NCBI GenBank assembly: GCA_902783255.1
Contig: CACZQB010000055.1
Coordinates: 16,367 to 80,366, forward strand
Reading direction: 5' to 3'
DNA: 64,000 bases
Source: Oscillospiraceae bacterium
GTDB lineage: Bacteria; Bacillota; Clostridia; Oscillospirales; UBA644
Shown here: piece after piece, positions 19,659 to 30,894 of the stretch
Numbering within the stretch: the first letter of the stretch is position 1
Layout of the letters: the number at the start of each line of letters is the position of its first letter
Position numbers and translations under genes: made by a program
Notes under the pieces: generated by a model
What the model was told of the DNA's origin: nothing
The model's input: only the letters and a program-made list of their open reading frames with translations
Database searches by the model: none

Positions 19659-22600
19659 ATGAGCAAAAAAATTATCTCTGCCATTCTTGTTATGGCGATG
19701 ATAGTTTCTATGTCCGCTACCGCGATCATCGGCTCTCTGGGTGCAGCAGCAGCCACCGATTACGAAGCAGACAGAGCAACCCTTAAAGCTCTTATCGAGA
19801 AGCTCGTTAAATACGGTCCTGATCTCCAGGATCGCACAATGAACCTTCTTAAAGAAACCAAGCTTCTTACTTGGAACGACGATAAGAAAGAATATCAGGC
19901 ACTCCTCGACCGTGACGGATTCTGGTCTGGCAGAGCTTATGACCAGGCATATTACATCTTCCTCGGCGAAGACGATACTCTCGGTCAGCACTTTGTTGAT
20001 AACAACAGTATCAACATGAACGGCAAAGTTGTTTGGAGAAAAACACTCGAAGAAGGCGAAACCTACCTCGACCTCGCAAGCAAAAACGTCAGCGCTATCG
20101 TAGAATACGCTGCATCCGCTTGGTATTTCGGTCAGGACGCCAATAACGAAATCGTAGACCCCAGCTTCAACGAAGGCAGAAACGCAGTTGTTAAAGCCGC
20201 TATCGGTCTTATCAACTCCGTATTCGAAGCTCTCGCAAAAGAAGTCGGCTCCAACGTTAAACCTCTCGGTTACGACTCTATCTACTGGAGCGAAAGATAC
20301 GCAGGTATCTTCGGTGAAACCGGTTTCTTCAATCAGTCCATCGGTTACAACCCCTACTACTACATCATCAACGATGATGACTACTGGTTCGACGCTATGT
20401 ACTGGGGCGGCAACGCTCTCGGTCAGTATCCTGTAAGATGGTACACATTTGCAGAAGCTGATCAGCTTGCTAAACAGGAAGCTTTTGATTTCAACACAGC
20501 TCTCAGAACTCTCGCCATGAAGATCGGCGACGCTCCCAAAGGCATTATCTGGGCTCCGAACAATACAGAATTCGGCTCTCAGAGAGCAGCTCAGGAAGCA
20601 GCTCTTGTCTATAACGGCAACGGCGCAGGCGTTCTTTTCTGGGACTTCCTCGAAGGCGACTATGCTAAATTCCAGGCTATAATCGACAAACTCGTTGAAA
20701 AACTCATCGGCAAGATCGATATGTATTTCGGCGACGCTGCTGATTTCTCAGCTCAGTATAAAGCATACCTCAAACTCGAAATCCTCGTAGACCTCTATGA
20801 TAAATACATCAAAGACGTTTACAACAACATCTATTCCTACACTTCCGCATCCGCAGCTCTTCTCAACGACGTTCTTTATGCTAAACGCATAATCGAATAC
20901 GTAAGAGAAAAAGACAGCAATGCAAGACTTATGGTTCTTGCTCTTACCGACTTCAACTCTCTTATCGCTAAGATCGAAGCCGGCATCAAAGCAGCTGCTC
21001 CGAAGAACGATTACCAGAAACTCGATGCTGCCAACATCGGCGAAGGCACCGAACTCGTAAGAAAAGCTGAAGCTCTTCTTAAGAACTGGGATTGGTCCGG
21101 CAAAAAAGACGACGATCCTTATAAGATCGCTTGGGTAAGACTCAACGCTGCAAAAGAAGATCTCAAAACAATGCTTCCCGCTGCAGCAGGCGAATCTGTT
21201 CTTATAATAGTTCCCGCTGACACCCGTTCCATCAAACCCCTTATCGGCGTTGATGTTAAGAACGACAGAGTAACCGTTGAGTTCACTCCCAACTACTACT
21301 CTTACTGGAAATTCCGCGCTATCCTTATCGCAGCTCTCGACGCATTCAACGACAGACTTACAGCAGCTACTCTTCCCGATGTAGCTACAACACTTCCTGT
21401 TGACGCTGAATCCGTTGTAAACGAGATCAACAAATATGCGTTCCTCGCAGGTATCGTTGGTCCTATCCTTAAATATAACAAAGATACAAAGACTATCGAA
21501 GATATTCCGTACGTTGATGCAAACAACAATCCCACCAACGCTCACAGAGCATCCAAGACATACTCTTTCTACCTCTTTGATTATGTTAAATCCGCAGACA
21601 TCACCTATCCGAATACTCACGCTATGGCTCTTCTCGCCTCCAACGTAACGGACGGCTCCGGAGAGAACAGAGACGGTATCGGTGACGAACTCAAGGCTGT
21701 AACAAGCATATACGAACAGGTTGTCGGCTATGCTCGCGGCAACAACACCCATGAAAACAACAGCAACGATAAGTTCACTGAAGAACTCATGAACTATGAC
21801 TGGCTCAATGTTGACTGGGCTACATCTAACGGTCTTGAACTCAACTTCAAAGAAGAAGCTAGCCTCTTCCTCAACCAGGATGTTGCTATCGACAGCGTAT
21901 ATAACTTCCTCGAAACTCTCTTCACAGTAGCAAGAGATGCAAGAGATCACTTTGATCCCAAAGCTTCTACTCTCGTAGGCTTTGACTGGACAATTCCCGA
22001 TGCTGTAGAACTTACAGACGCAACCTCCACAGGTTACATCGGAAGAATCCGTTCTGCTCTCAAACTTCTCACTGCAGACATCACCAAACTCGTTCAGATC
22101 TACGGTTGGGTATTCTACAACGTAGCTCAGGTTCTTGGTTGGGATTATGATGTAAACGGCGACGGACGCACAGTTCTTCTTACGAAGATCGAAGACGGTC
22201 CTCTCGCTGCAATCCTCCCCTGCATCACCGATGCAAACGTTTCATCTGAAAAATCTTACGGTTCTAAAGATGGCGAAGAATCTAACTATCCTGAAGGATT
22301 CTTCAAGAAAGCTAAATCCGCAGGTCTCGCTCTTGAAAGACTGCTCGCTCAGAACATCAACGAAACACCTGCAACTAAATCCTCTATCATCAAAGCTTAC
22401 GATAACTTTGTAAAAGCTCTCAAAGCTTACATCCTTACCGAAGCAGGCGCTGCTAAATTCGACGAATTCGTTGACGACGTATACTATGTTGTTGACCACT
22501 TCTTCGGCGAAGCTGACAGCTACAACTACAACGAACTCTACCAGAAGCTCGCTTCCGGTACTAACACCATCTTTGCTAACAAACTCATCGACGCTAAGAA

Positions 22601-23945
22601 CTGCTACCAGTACTTCCAGATGAAGTTTGAACATGCCGTTGAAGATAAACATGAAACAAACGCTATGTTTAACCTCTACTACGGCAAGACAGACGCTTTC
22701 GGTGAAGGCGGCAGCACAGTTGCTCCTCTCGAAGTAAACTACATCAAACCTCTCGAAGCTCTCATTGCTAACAACAACGTATCCGGCTACACTCGTGACT
22801 TCGCTGATAAATATCAGGAAATCAGAAGAATCGCTGCTCTCATCCGTGGCTGCATCTACGGTAACAGCGCTGACGGTTACACAGTTGAATTCAATGACCT
22901 CAGAGATATGCCTGTTTGGTTCGCAGAAAAAGTTCTTAACGAACTCACCTCTGCTTGGGCTGACAGAGCTAACTACACCACCGCAGGTCTCGTAGCATAC
23001 AAAGCTGACCTCGAAGCTCTCCTCCGTGAAGCTGACGGCAAGAACGTATATGCTTACAAGACAAATACAGACGAATCCAAGGCAATCTGGGATGCATTCG
23101 TAGAAGCATACAGAAACGCTCAGTACGTTGCTCTTGATACAAGATGCCCGAAGGCTGACGTTGACAATGCTGTTGCTGCTCTCAAGGCTGCTATGGCTAA
23201 CCTCGCTAAGATCGAAGCTGTTGACGGCGCTGCTGATAAAGACACCCTCGCTGCTAAGATCGCTGAAGCTGAAGCTCTCTTTGCACGTGCAAACGTAACC
23301 GAAGACAAAGCAGCTAAAGATAACCTCGTAGTTGCTATCTCCGAAGCTAAGAAAGCTCTCCAGTTCACAATCACGGTTCTCAACTCCAATGATCTTGAAA
23401 CTGTAATCAAGAATCTTGATAACGCTATCAATGCTCTCACCAAGTCTATGTACACCGGTAAAGACCTCAGAAAAGACACCAAAGTTCTCGAACTCCAGGT
23501 TGTTGTTGATCTCTATACCGAAGGTTCCTACAGAAAGTTCGCTAACGCTGTAGAAGCTGCATACGCTATGGCTGAAGCTGACACCGCTACCGAATCCGCT
23601 ATGAAGAATGCATACAAAGCAGTTGCTGACAGATTTGCAGACCTCAAACTCGCTCCGGTAGAAGAACCCGTTCAGGAACCCGAAGTCGTTATCGTTGAAG
23701 TAGAAAAACCGTCTGTTGTTCTCGAACAGGCTAAGGCTATCTACAAAGAAGCTAACGACGGATATGCAAAAGCAGTTGAAGGCTGCACCGCTGATACCGC
23801 TGCTGCATACAAGGCTGCTATCGACACTCTGAAGGCTGACATTGATAAAGAAGCTGACGACGCTAAACTCCTCGCTTCCATCATCACCCTTAACCTCGCT
23901 AAGGCTGCCCTCACTGTTGATGTACCTGAAACAATTGATGACTGA
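19659..23945 (+). CDS. Large secreted, helix-rich surface protein (S-layer-like) with C-terminal FIVAR-like repeats
   Basis: ATG 19659 follows AAAGGAGG. Signal peptide MSKKIISAILVMAM...AAA. FIVAR-like segments (DKDTLAAKIAEAEAL; YTEGSYRKFANAVEAA). Strongly biased codon usage (GCT/CTC/ATC/AAC). Monocistronic. Confidence 0.7.
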   Translation: MSKKIISAILVMAMIVSMSATAIIGSLGAAAATDYEADRATLKALIEKLVKYGPDLQDRTMNLLKETKLLTWNDDKKEYQALLDRDGFWSGRAYDQAYYIFLGEDDTLGQHFVDNNSINMNGKVVWRKTLEEGETYLDLASKNVSAIVEYAASAWYFGQDANNEIVDPSFNEGRNAVVKAAIGLINSVFEALAKEVGSNVKPLGYDSIYWSERYAGIFGETGFFNQSIGYNPYYYIINDDDYWFDAMYWGGNALGQYPVRWYTFAEADQLAKQEAFDFNTALRTLAMKIGDAPKGIIWAPNNTEFGSQRAAQEAALVYNGNGAGVLFWDFLEGDYAKFQAIIDKLVEKLIGKIDMYFGDAADFSAQYKAYLKLEILVDLYDKYIKDVYNNIYSYTSASAALLNDVLYAKRIIEYVREKDSNARLMVLALTDFNSLIAKIEAGIKAAAPKNDYQKLDAANIGEGTELVRKAEALLKNWDWSGKKDDDPYKIAWVRLNAAKEDLKTMLPAAAGESVLIIVPADTRSIKPLIGVDVKNDRVTVEFTPNYYSYWKFRAILIAALDAFNDRLTAATLPDVATTLPVDAESVVNEINKYAFLAGIVGPILKYNKDTKTIEDIPYVDANNNPTNAHRASKTYSFYLFDYVKSADITYPNTHAMALLASNVTDGSGENRDGIGDELKAVTSIYEQVVGYARGNNTHENNSNDKFTEELMNYDWLNVDWATSNGLELNFKEEASLFLNQDVAIDSVYNFLETLFTVARDARDHFDPKASTLVGFDWTIPDAVELTDATSTGYIGRIRSALKLLTADITKLVQIYGWVFYNVAQVLGWDYDVNGDGRTVLLTKIEDGPLAAILPCITDANVSSEKSYGSKDGEESNYPEGFFKKAKSAGLALERLLAQNINETPATKSSIIKAYDNFVKALKAYILTEAGAAKFDEFVDDVYYVVDHFFGEADSYNYNELYQKLASGTNTIFANKLIDAKNCYQYFQMKFEHAVEDKHETNAMFNLYYGKTDAFGEGGSTVAPLEVNYIKPLEALIANNNVSGYTRDFADKYQEIRRIAALIRGCIYGNSADGYTVEFNDLRDMPVWFAEKVLNELTSAWADRANYTTAGLVAYKADLEALLREADGKNVYAYKTNTDESKAIWDAFVEAYRNAQYVALDTRCPKADVDNAVAALKAAMANLAKIEAVDGAADKDTLAAKIAEAEALFARANVTEDKAAKDNLVVAISEAKKALQFTITVLNSNDLETVIKNLDNAINALTKSMYTGKDLRKDTKVLELQVVVDLYTEGSYRKFANAVEAAYAMAEADTATESAMKNAYKAVADRFADLKLAPVEEPVQEPEVVIVEVEKPSVVLEQAKAIYKEANDGYAKAVEGCTADTAAAYKAAIDTLKADIDKEADDAKLLASIITLNLAKAALTVDVPETIDD

Positions 23946-23988
23946 TAAGTTTTCTTCCTTATAAATCGAAATAACTTTCAGCATAAAG

Positions 23989-24019
23989 GAAGTCCCTGCG
24001 GCATTGCCGCAGGGACTTC
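23989..24019 (+). terminator. Strong stem-loop after the S-layer-like gene
   Basis: Perfect 14-bp stem GAAGTCCCTGCGGC / GCCGCAGGGACTTC; weak U tract. Confidence 0.7.
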
Positions 24020-24088
24020 TGCTATATAAAGAGCATCTTCCGGTGTTTCGAAAACTGCATAAAATTCAAAAAAAGCAATAAATCCCCC

Positions 24089-24117
24089 TTGTAAAAAAAA
24101 GTAATCTGTGATATAAT
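24089..24117 (+). promoter_or_regulatory. Extended -10 sigmaA promoter of the asnA operon
   Basis: TTGTAA-17 bp-TATAAT with a TG extension. Confidence 0.6.
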
Positions 24118-24178
24118 ATAATGTAATATAATTATTTTTTATAAAAAGGGGAGCGGCAAACAAACCGCGAAAAACCGT

Positions 24179-25183
24179 ATGGGTCTTATAATTCCCAAAG
24201 ATTACAATCCGTTTTTATCGCTTCGTCAAACACAGAAAGCCGTAAAAATAATTAAAGATGTTTTTGAAATAGAGCTGTCGAAGCTCCTTAATCTGGAGCG
24301 TGTTTCTGCCCCGCTGTTTGTTTATAAAGACAGCGGTCTGAATGACGATCTTAACGGAACCGAAACACCCGTATCGTTCGATTTTGACGGCCGCAGAGCT
24401 GAAATCGTTCATTCTCTTGCCAAATGGAAGAGATACGCGCTGAAAAAATACGGTTTTGAACCTCATCGCGGTATTTATGCCGACATGAACGCTATCCGCG
24501 CCGATGAAGAGGTCGATAATTTCCATTCTATATACGTTGACCAGTGGGACTGGGAGGTCGTTATCAACCGTGAGGACCGTAATATCGCTTTTCTTAAAGA
24601 AACAGTCCGAAAAATAGTCTGCGCTATTCATGATACATGGGAAATACTCAATAAAACATATTCAAAAGCCCAGACATCTTTTACGCACGACAATGATGTG
24701 TTTTTTATCTCGTCTCAGGAACTGGAGGATATGTTTCCGTCACTCACGCCGAAAGAGCGTGAAAACGAAATAACGAAGGCTCACCCGATAGTTTTTATTA
24801 TGCAGATAGGCGACAAGCTGAAAAGCGGCAAGCCTCATGACGGCAGAGCTCCCGACTACGACGACTGGCAGCTTAACGGCGACCTTATCTACCGTTTTGA
24901 ACCGCTTGACACTTCTATCGAAATAATGTCTATGGGTATTCGGGTTGACGAAAAATCGATGGCGCAGCAGCTGAAAAAGGCAGGAGCTGAAGAAAGACGA
25001 AATCTTCCTTTTCACCGCGAGCTTCTTGCCGGCAATATGCCTCTTACCGTAGGCGGAGGCATCGGTCAGTCAAGACTGTGCATGCTGCTTTTGCAAAAAG
25101 CGCACATAGGCGAAGTTCAGGTCTCACTGTGGCCCGATGAAATGCGTGAAATATGCGAAAATAACAATATGAAATTACTGTAA
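24179..25183 (+). CDS. asnA: Aspartate--ammonia ligase
   Basis: SGLNDDLNG, EIVHSLAKWKR, HSIYVDQWDWE, HDGRAPDYDDW and GGGIGQSR motifs. Confidence 0.96.
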   Translation: MGLIIPKDYNPFLSLRQTQKAVKIIKDVFEIELSKLLNLERVSAPLFVYKDSGLNDDLNGTETPVSFDFDGRRAEIVHSLAKWKRYALKKYGFEPHRGIYADMNAIRADEEVDNFHSIYVDQWDWEVVINREDRNIAFLKETVRKIVCAIHDTWEILNKTYSKAQTSFTHDNDVFFISSQELEDMFPSLTPKERENEITKAHPIVFIMQIGDKLKSGKPHDGRAPDYDDWQLNGDLIYRFEPLDTSIEIMSMGIRVDEKSMAQQLKKAGAEERRNLPFHRELLAGNMPLTVGGGIGQSRLCMLLLQKAHIGEVQVSLWPDEMREICENNNMKLL

Positions 25184-25201
25184 TCAAGGCAGGGAAATAC
25201 A

Positions 25202-26590
25202 ATGACAGCTATAAAAGAAATTTATGCCGATATCTCGGCATTTGACGGCAAATCCGTATCCGTTGCGGGCTGGGTCCGCACCGTTCGAGACTCTAAGGCG
25301 TTCGGATTTATAGAACTTAACGACGGAAGCTGCTTCCGTTCAACGCAGATAGTTTTTGAAGAGGCTAAGCTCGACAATTACAAGCAGATCGCAAAACTCA
25401 ACGTAGGAGCTTCCGTGAGAGTTGAAGGAAAAGTTGTTGCGACGCCTGAAATGAAACAGCCTTTTGAGATAAAGGCAGAAAAAATTGAAGTGGAAGGCGA
25501 GTCAACGCCCGATTACCCGCTGCAAAAAAAGCGTCACTCGCTCGAATTCTTGCGCGATATCGCATATCTTCGCCCCAGAACGAATACGTTTTCTGCAGTC
25601 TTCCGCGTCCGTTCCGCCGCGGCGCAGGCGATCCATAAGTTTTTTGCCGAAAGAGGATTTGTTTATGTAAACACGCCGCTCATCACGGGCAGCGACTGTG
25701 AAGGCGCGGGCGAAATGTTTAAGGTCACGACTTTTGATTTTGACAATATCCCCAAAACAGAAGACGGCAAGGTTGATTATTCAAAGGACTTTTTCGGAAA
25801 ATCCGCAAACCTTACCGTTTCCGGTCAGCTTAACGCCGAAACTTTCGCTCTTGCTTTCGGCAAGGTTTATACTTTCGGTCCCACTTTCCGCGCAGAGGTA
25901 AGCTATACCGCGCGCCACGCGGCGGAATTCTGGATGATCGAGCCCGAAATAGCTTTCGCCGATCTTTCGGACGAAATGGATCTTTCCCGCGATATGATAA
26001 AATACGTTATCGCGTACGTTCTTGAAAACTGTCCCGACGATATGAAATTCTTCAACGATTTTATCGATAAAGGGCTTATTGAACGCCTTACTGCGCTGCT
26101 TGACGCTGACTTCGTCCGTCTGCCGTATACCGAGGCGATAAAAATACTCGAAAAGAATAAAGACAACTTTGAATATCCCGTTTTCTGGGGCTGCGACCTT
26201 CAGACCGAACATGAAAGGTTCCTCACCGAGCAGATATACAAAGCGCCCGTATTTGTAACGGATTATCCCAAGGAGATCAAGGCGTTTTATATGCGCCTTA
26301 ACGATGACGGCAAAACTGTTGCGGCGGCAGACCTTCTTGTGCCCGGCGTAGGCGAGCTTGTCGGCGGAAGTCAGCGTGAAGAAAGACTTGACGTTCTTCG
26401 TGAAAGAATGGCTCAGCTCGGTCTTGACGAAAAGGATTACTGGTGGTATCTCGATCTGAGAAAATACGGCGGAACAAAGCATGCCGGCTTCGGTCTCGGT
26501 TTTGAGAGACTAATAATGTATCTTACGGGAATGTCGAACATAAGAGACGTAATTCCGTTCCCGAGAACAGCGGGAAATGCGGAATATTAA
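25202..26590 (+). CDS. asnS: Asparagine--tRNA ligase
   Basis: [44 protein letters not shown] and GFGLGFER motifs. Confidence 0.97.
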   Translation: MTAIKEIYADISAFDGKSVSVAGWVRTVRDSKAFGFIELNDGSCFRSTQIVFEEAKLDNYKQIAKLNVGASVRVEGKVVATPEMKQPFEIKAEKIEVEGESTPDYPLQKKRHSLEFLRDIAYLRPRTNTFSAVFRVRSAAAQAIHKFFAERGFVYVNTPLITGSDCEGAGEMFKVTTFDFDNIPKTEDGKVDYSKDFFGKSANLTVSGQLNAETFALAFGKVYTFGPTFRAEVSYTARHAAEFWMIEPEIAFADLSDEMDLSRDMIKYVIAYVLENCPDDMKFFNDFIDKGLIERLTALLDADFVRLPYTEAIKILEKNKDNFEYPVFWGCDLQTEHERFLTEQIYKAPVFVTDYPKEIKAFYMRLNDDGKTVAAADLLVPGVGELVGGSQREERLDVLRERMAQLGLDEKDYWWYLDLRKYGGTKHAGFGLGFERLIMYLTGMSNIRDVIPFPRTAGNAEY

Positions 26591-26605
26591 ACCGGAGGAT
26601 CTGAT

Positions 26606-27880
26606 ATGCATAATTATTCAAAGCAGGAACTTCTTGAAATCAAAAGCGACCTTGAGGCGAAATATAACAGATACAAATCTCTCGGTCTGTCGCTTGATAT
26701 GTCACGAGGTAATCCGAGCCGCGAACAGCTTGATATTTCTACCCCAATGCTTACCGTTCTTCAGTCTGCCGAGGACTGCATAGACGAAACAGGGTTCGAC
26801 TGCCGTAATTACGGTATCCTTGACGGTATCCCAGAGGCAAAAAAGCTATTTTCAGAGCTGATGAATACATCGTCCGTCGATGAGATCATCATAGGCGGCA
26901 ACAGCAGTCTGAATATGATGTATGATAATATCGTCCGTGCGATGATATTCGGCGTATACGGCGGCGAAAAACCGTGGTCTGCGTGCGATTCCATCAAATT
27001 TTTATGCCCTGTGCCGGGTTATGACCGTCATTTCAGAATCTGCGAAACGCTCGGTATAGAAATGATAAGCGTTCCGCTGCTTGCGGACGGTCCCGATATG
27101 GATATGGTAGAAAAACTTGTCGCCGAAGACGAAACGATCAAGGGTATATGGTGCGTTCCGAAATATTCCAATCCGACGGGTATCACTTACAGTTCCGAAA
27201 CGGTGCGCCGTTTTGCGATGTTAAAGCCAAAAGCAAAAGATTTCCGTGTTTTCTGGGATAACGCATACTCCCTTCACGATATTTCCGGCAGAAGCGATAT
27301 TCTTCTGAACGTGCTTGAAGAGGCGAAAAAATACGGAAACGGCGATATGATATATAAATTCATGTCTACGTCCAAAGTATCTTTTCCCGGAGCGGGCGTT
27401 GCGGCAATGGCAGCGTCAAAAAACAATATCGATTTTATAAAAAAGCTGATGGGCGTTCAAACTATCGGTTACGATAAGCTCAATCAGCTGCGCCATGTTC
27501 GTTATTTTAAGGACGCAGAGGGTGTCCGCAGGCAGATGCAGCGGCATGCCGAGATAATAAAGCCGAAATTTGCTATAGTTTTGTATATTCTCGAAAAAGA
27601 GATATCTGATATCGCAACATGGTCAAACCCCAACGGCGGATATTTTATCTCGCTCACAGTTCCCGACGGCTGTGCAAAAAGAGTTGTTACGCTTATGAAA
27701 GAGGCAGGCGTAAAAATGACTCCTTCAGGCGCAACATTCCCTTACGGCGTAGATCCGAAAGACAACAATATACGCATAGCCCCCACACATCCGCCCGTTT
27801 CGGATCTTCAGACAGCCGCCGAAATACTCTGCGTATGCGTTCGTATGGCGGCAACGGAAAAAGCGCTGAGCGAAAAATAA
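26606..27880 (+). CDS. PLP-dependent aminotransferase class I/II (aspartate aminotransferase-like)
   Basis: LDMSRGNP, PGYDRHF, VPKYSNPTG, WDNAY, STSK (PLP lysine) and IRIAPT motifs. Confidence 0.88.
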   Translation: MHNYSKQELLEIKSDLEAKYNRYKSLGLSLDMSRGNPSREQLDISTPMLTVLQSAEDCIDETGFDCRNYGILDGIPEAKKLFSELMNTSSVDEIIIGGNSSLNMMYDNIVRAMIFGVYGGEKPWSACDSIKFLCPVPGYDRHFRICETLGIEMISVPLLADGPDMDMVEKLVAEDETIKGIWCVPKYSNPTGITYSSETVRRFAMLKPKAKDFRVFWDNAYSLHDISGRSDILLNVLEEAKKYGNGDMIYKFMSTSKVSFPGAGVAAMAASKNNIDFIKKLMGVQTIGYDKLNQLRHVRYFKDAEGVRRQMQRHAEIIKPKFAIVLYILEKEISDIATWSNPNGGYFISLTVPDGCAKRVVTLMKEAGVKMTPSGATFPYGVDPKDNNIRIAPTHPPVSDLQTAAEILCVCVRMAATEKALSEK

Positions 27881-27895
27881 TTTAAGGAGTGCCTT

Positions 27896-29338
27896 ATGAG
27901 TCACGATTCTTACGAAAGTCCATTCTGCACACGCTATTCAAGCAAAGAAATGCAGTATATTTTTTCTGCCGAAAACAAATTCAGAACTTTTCGCCGTCTC
28001 TGGATCGCGCTTGCGCGCGCAGAAAAGGAGCTTGGTCTGAATATTACCGATGAGCAGATAGCAGAGCTTGAAAAATATAAAGACGATATCAATTTTGAGG
28101 TTGCCGCGGCACGTGAAAAAGAGGTTCGTCACGACGTTATGGCTCACGTATACGCATACGGACTTCAGGCGCCGCTCGCAAAGCCGATAATCCACCTCGG
28201 CGCAACGTCGTGCTATGTTGGAGACAATACCGATATCATCGTTATGAAAAGCGGTCTTGAGCTTATTCGCGATAAACTTGTAACCGTCATAAAAGCGCTC
28301 GCCGATTTTTCGTATAAATATAAAGATATGCCGTGTCTCGCGTATACGCATCTGCAGCCCGCTCAGCCCACGACTGTAGGCAAAAGAGCAACATTATGGA
28401 TAAACGAGCTTATGCTCGATCTTGACGAGCTTGATTTTCGTATAAAAGGCTTAAAGCTTCTGGGACAGAAGGGCACGACCGGCACTCAGGCGTCATTCAA
28501 AGAGCTTTTCGGTGACGATGCAGACGAGAAAACGCCGAAACTCGAAAAAATGATCGCAAACGAAATGGGTTTTGAAGAAACATACCCCGTTTCGGGTCAG
28601 ACATACAGCCGTAAAGTAGACGCAAATATCTGCTGCACGCTTGCGGGAATTGCCGAAAGCGCAATGAAGTTCGCAAACGATTTAAGACTGCTTGCCAACT
28701 TCAAAGAAATGGAAGAACCTTTTGAGGAACATCAGATAGGTTCATCGGCAATGCCGTATAAGCGCAACCCCATGCGCAGCGAGCGTATATGCGCAATAGC
28801 AAGATATGTTATCACAAACTCGCTTTCTCCGGCGTTTACGGCAGGCACACAGTGGTTCGAAAGAACGCTTGACGACAGCGCAAATAAGAGAATTGCCGTT
28901 GCCGAGGCGTTTTTAGGCGTTGACGCAATACTGAATATTTATATAAACGTTGCAAACGGACTTGTTGTGTACCCGAAAATGGTCCGCAGAAGACTTATGA
29001 ACGAGCTTCCGTTTATGGCGACCGAAAACATTATGATGGCAGCCGTAAAAAACGGAGGAGACAGACAGGAGCTTCATGAAAAGATCCGCGTTCACAGTCA
29101 GGCGGCTGCAAAGAAAGTAAAAGAAGAGGGCGGCGAAAACGACCTTCTTGAAAGAATTGCCGCAGATGAAGCTTTCATGCTTAAAAAAGAAGAGATCGCA
29201 TCTCTGCTTTCGCCCGAAAAATATGTCGGAAGAGCGCCGAAGCAGACTGAGGAATACCTCGAAAAAACGGTATTTCCGCGTATCAGACCGTATATCGACG
29301 CCGGCAGAATAAAAAAGGACGAGGGACTGAGCGTTTGA
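27896..29338 (+). CDS. purB: Adenylosuccinate lyase
   Basis: RHDVMAH, HLGATS, THLQPAQ and [11 protein letters not shown] signatures. Confidence 0.96.
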   Translation: MSHDSYESPFCTRYSSKEMQYIFSAENKFRTFRRLWIALARAEKELGLNITDEQIAELEKYKDDINFEVAAAREKEVRHDVMAHVYAYGLQAPLAKPIIHLGATSCYVGDNTDIIVMKSGLELIRDKLVTVIKALADFSYKYKDMPCLAYTHLQPAQPTTVGKRATLWINELMLDLDELDFRIKGLKLLGQKGTTGTQASFKELFGDDADEKTPKLEKMIANEMGFEETYPVSGQTYSRKVDANICCTLAGIAESAMKFANDLRLLANFKEMEEPFEEHQIGSSAMPYKRNPMRSERICAIARYVITNSLSPAFTAGTQWFERTLDDSANKRIAVAEAFLGVDAILNIYINVANGLVVYPKMVRRRLMNELPFMATENIMMAAVKNGGDRQELHEKIRVHSQAAAKKVKEEGGENDLLERIAADEAFMLKKEEIASLLSPEKYVGRAPKQTEEYLEKTVFPRIRPYIDAGRIKKDEGLSV

Positions 29339-29339
29339 G

Positions 29340-29798
29340 GTGAAAAAAATGCCTAAAATCGCAGCGCAAAACAGAAAAGCGTATCACGATTATTTTGTTG
29401 AGGAAAAATATGAGGCGGGAATATCTCTCGCAGGCACGGAAGTAAAAAGCATACGTCAGGGTGCCGTAAATCTGAAAGACTCGTACTGTCAGACGAACGG
29501 AAAAGAAATTTTCGTTCACGGAATGCATATTTCGCCGTATGAAAAAGGCAATATTTTCAATAAAGACCCTTTGCGCGAGCGAAAACTGCTTTTGCATAAA
29601 AAGGAGATACTCAAGCTTTTTAACGACGTAAAAAAAGAGGGATATTCCATTATACCGCTTTCGGTCTATTTTAAAAACGCAAGAGTAAAAGTGGAGATCG
29701 GGCTTTGCAAAGGTAAAAAGCTCTATGATAAGCGCGAGGCTGCCGCAAAAAGAGATGCTCAGCGTGAAATCGATAGAAAGATGGGTAGCGACAGATGA
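29340..29798 (+). CDS. smpB: SsrA-binding protein
   Basis: [33 protein letters not shown] and GKKLYDKR motifs; start may be ATG 29349. Confidence 0.96.
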   Translation: MKKMPKIAAQNRKAYHDYFVEEKYEAGISLAGTEVKSIRQGAVNLKDSYCQTNGKEIFVHGMHISPYEKGNIFNKDPLRERKLLLHKKEILKLFNDVKKEGYSIIPLSVYFKNARVKVEIGLCKGKKLYDKREAAAKRDAQREIDRKMGSDR

Positions 29799-30265
29799 TA
29801 ATTTTGGGTATCGACCCCGGAGTTGCAACTGTAGGATGGGGCGTTGTAGACTGGCGCGGAAATAAATTTTACGGTTCGGACTACGGCGCGATAATCACGC
29901 CCCCTCACACGCCTTTTTGCGACAGGATAGAGCAGATATTTGACGAAACCACAAGACTCGTTGATTATTATCATGTTGAAACTGCGGCGATGGAAAAGCT
30001 GTTTTTCAACACAAACACAAAAACCGCAATAGATGTTGCCCAGGCAAGAGGCGTTTTGCTTCTTGCGCTTACAAAAAAACGCCTTCATTGTTCCGAATTT
30101 ACGCCGCTTCAGGTAAAACAGGCCGTTACGGGCTACGGAAGAGCCGAAAAGGAACAGGTTGAGGCAATGGTAAAAATGCTTCTTAATCTTGATAAGATTC
30201 CGAAACCGGACGACGCCGCGGATGCGCTTGCCATGGCGATCTGCTGTGCTCACTGCATAAGATAA
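29795..30265 (+). CDS. ruvC: Holliday junction resolvase
   Basis: [29 protein letters not shown] and DDAADALA motifs. Confidence 0.96.
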   Translation: MIILGIDPGVATVGWGVVDWRGNKFYGSDYGAIITPPHTPFCDRIEQIFDETTRLVDYYHVETAAMEKLFFNTNTKTAIDVAQARGVLLLALTKKRLHCSEFTPLQVKQAVTGYGRAEKEQVEAMVKMLLNLDKIPKPDDAADALAMAICCAHCIR

Positions 30266-30277
30266 AGAGAGGTTAAA

Positions 30278-30874
30278 ATGTATTATTATCTTTCGGGAAA
30301 ACCGGCGGTTTTAACGCCGAATCTCGCCGTAATAGACTGCGGCGGCGTCGGATATAAATGCGCAATATCCGAAAACACGTATAAACAGATCGCAAAAAAA
30401 GAGTCGGTGCTTTTATATACTTACCTTAATGTAAAAGAAGACGCTCTTGATTTATACGGCTTTGCCGACGAGCAGGAAAAACAGTTTTTCGAGCTTCTTC
30501 TTTCGATAAGTGGCGTTGGACCAAAGGCGGCTCTCGCGGTCCTTTCCGCGCATACGCCCGAATCGTTTGCCGCATGCGTGCTTTCAAATGATGCGAAGGG
30601 AATAACAAAAGCGGCAGGCGTAGGCGCAAAACTTGCGCAGAGGATATGCCTTGAGCTGAAAGACAAGATATCAAAAACAAAAGTCGTGCCGTCCGATATT
30701 TCCGCATACGGAGACGACGCTGTATCTTCTGATGCCGTATCCGAAGCCGTTGCGGTGCTTGTTGCGCTCGGTTACAGCAAATCGGACGCTTCAAAAGCCG
30801 TTTTGCGTTGTTCGGCAGACAACACGAACGATATAGTAAAACAGGCGCTCAGAATGCTTTCGAGAAATGTGTGA
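30278..30874 (+). CDS. ruvA: Holliday junction branch migration protein A
   Basis: GGVGY, LYGF, ISGVGPKAAL, GVGAKLAQRI.LELKDK and ALGY motifs. Confidence 0.95.
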   Translation: MYYYLSGKPAVLTPNLAVIDCGGVGYKCAISENTYKQIAKKESVLLYTYLNVKEDALDLYGFADEQEKQFFELLLSISGVGPKAALAVLSAHTPESFAACVLSNDAKGITKAAGVGAKLAQRICLELKDKISKTKVVPSDISAYGDDAVSSDAVSEAVAVLVALGYSKSDASKAVLRCSADNTNDIVKQALRMLSRNV

Positions 30875-30894
30875 GAAACTGAAAAGGAAAAACG

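Noticed and set aside
22242-23984. 580-aa and 400-aa (20748-21950) antisense ORFs inside the surface-protein gene
   Set aside because: Ser/Phe/Val-rich shadow frames produced by strong codon bias on the sense strand; no SD or recognisable motifs.
24118-25201. T-box leader for asnA/asnS
   Set aside because: The leader is only about 55 nt and the asnA-asnS gap is 18 nt; no T-box consensus is visible.
29340-29800. tmRNA (ssrA) next to smpB
   Set aside because: smpB is flanked directly by purB and ruvC, leaving no room, and no tmRNA-like ends were seen.
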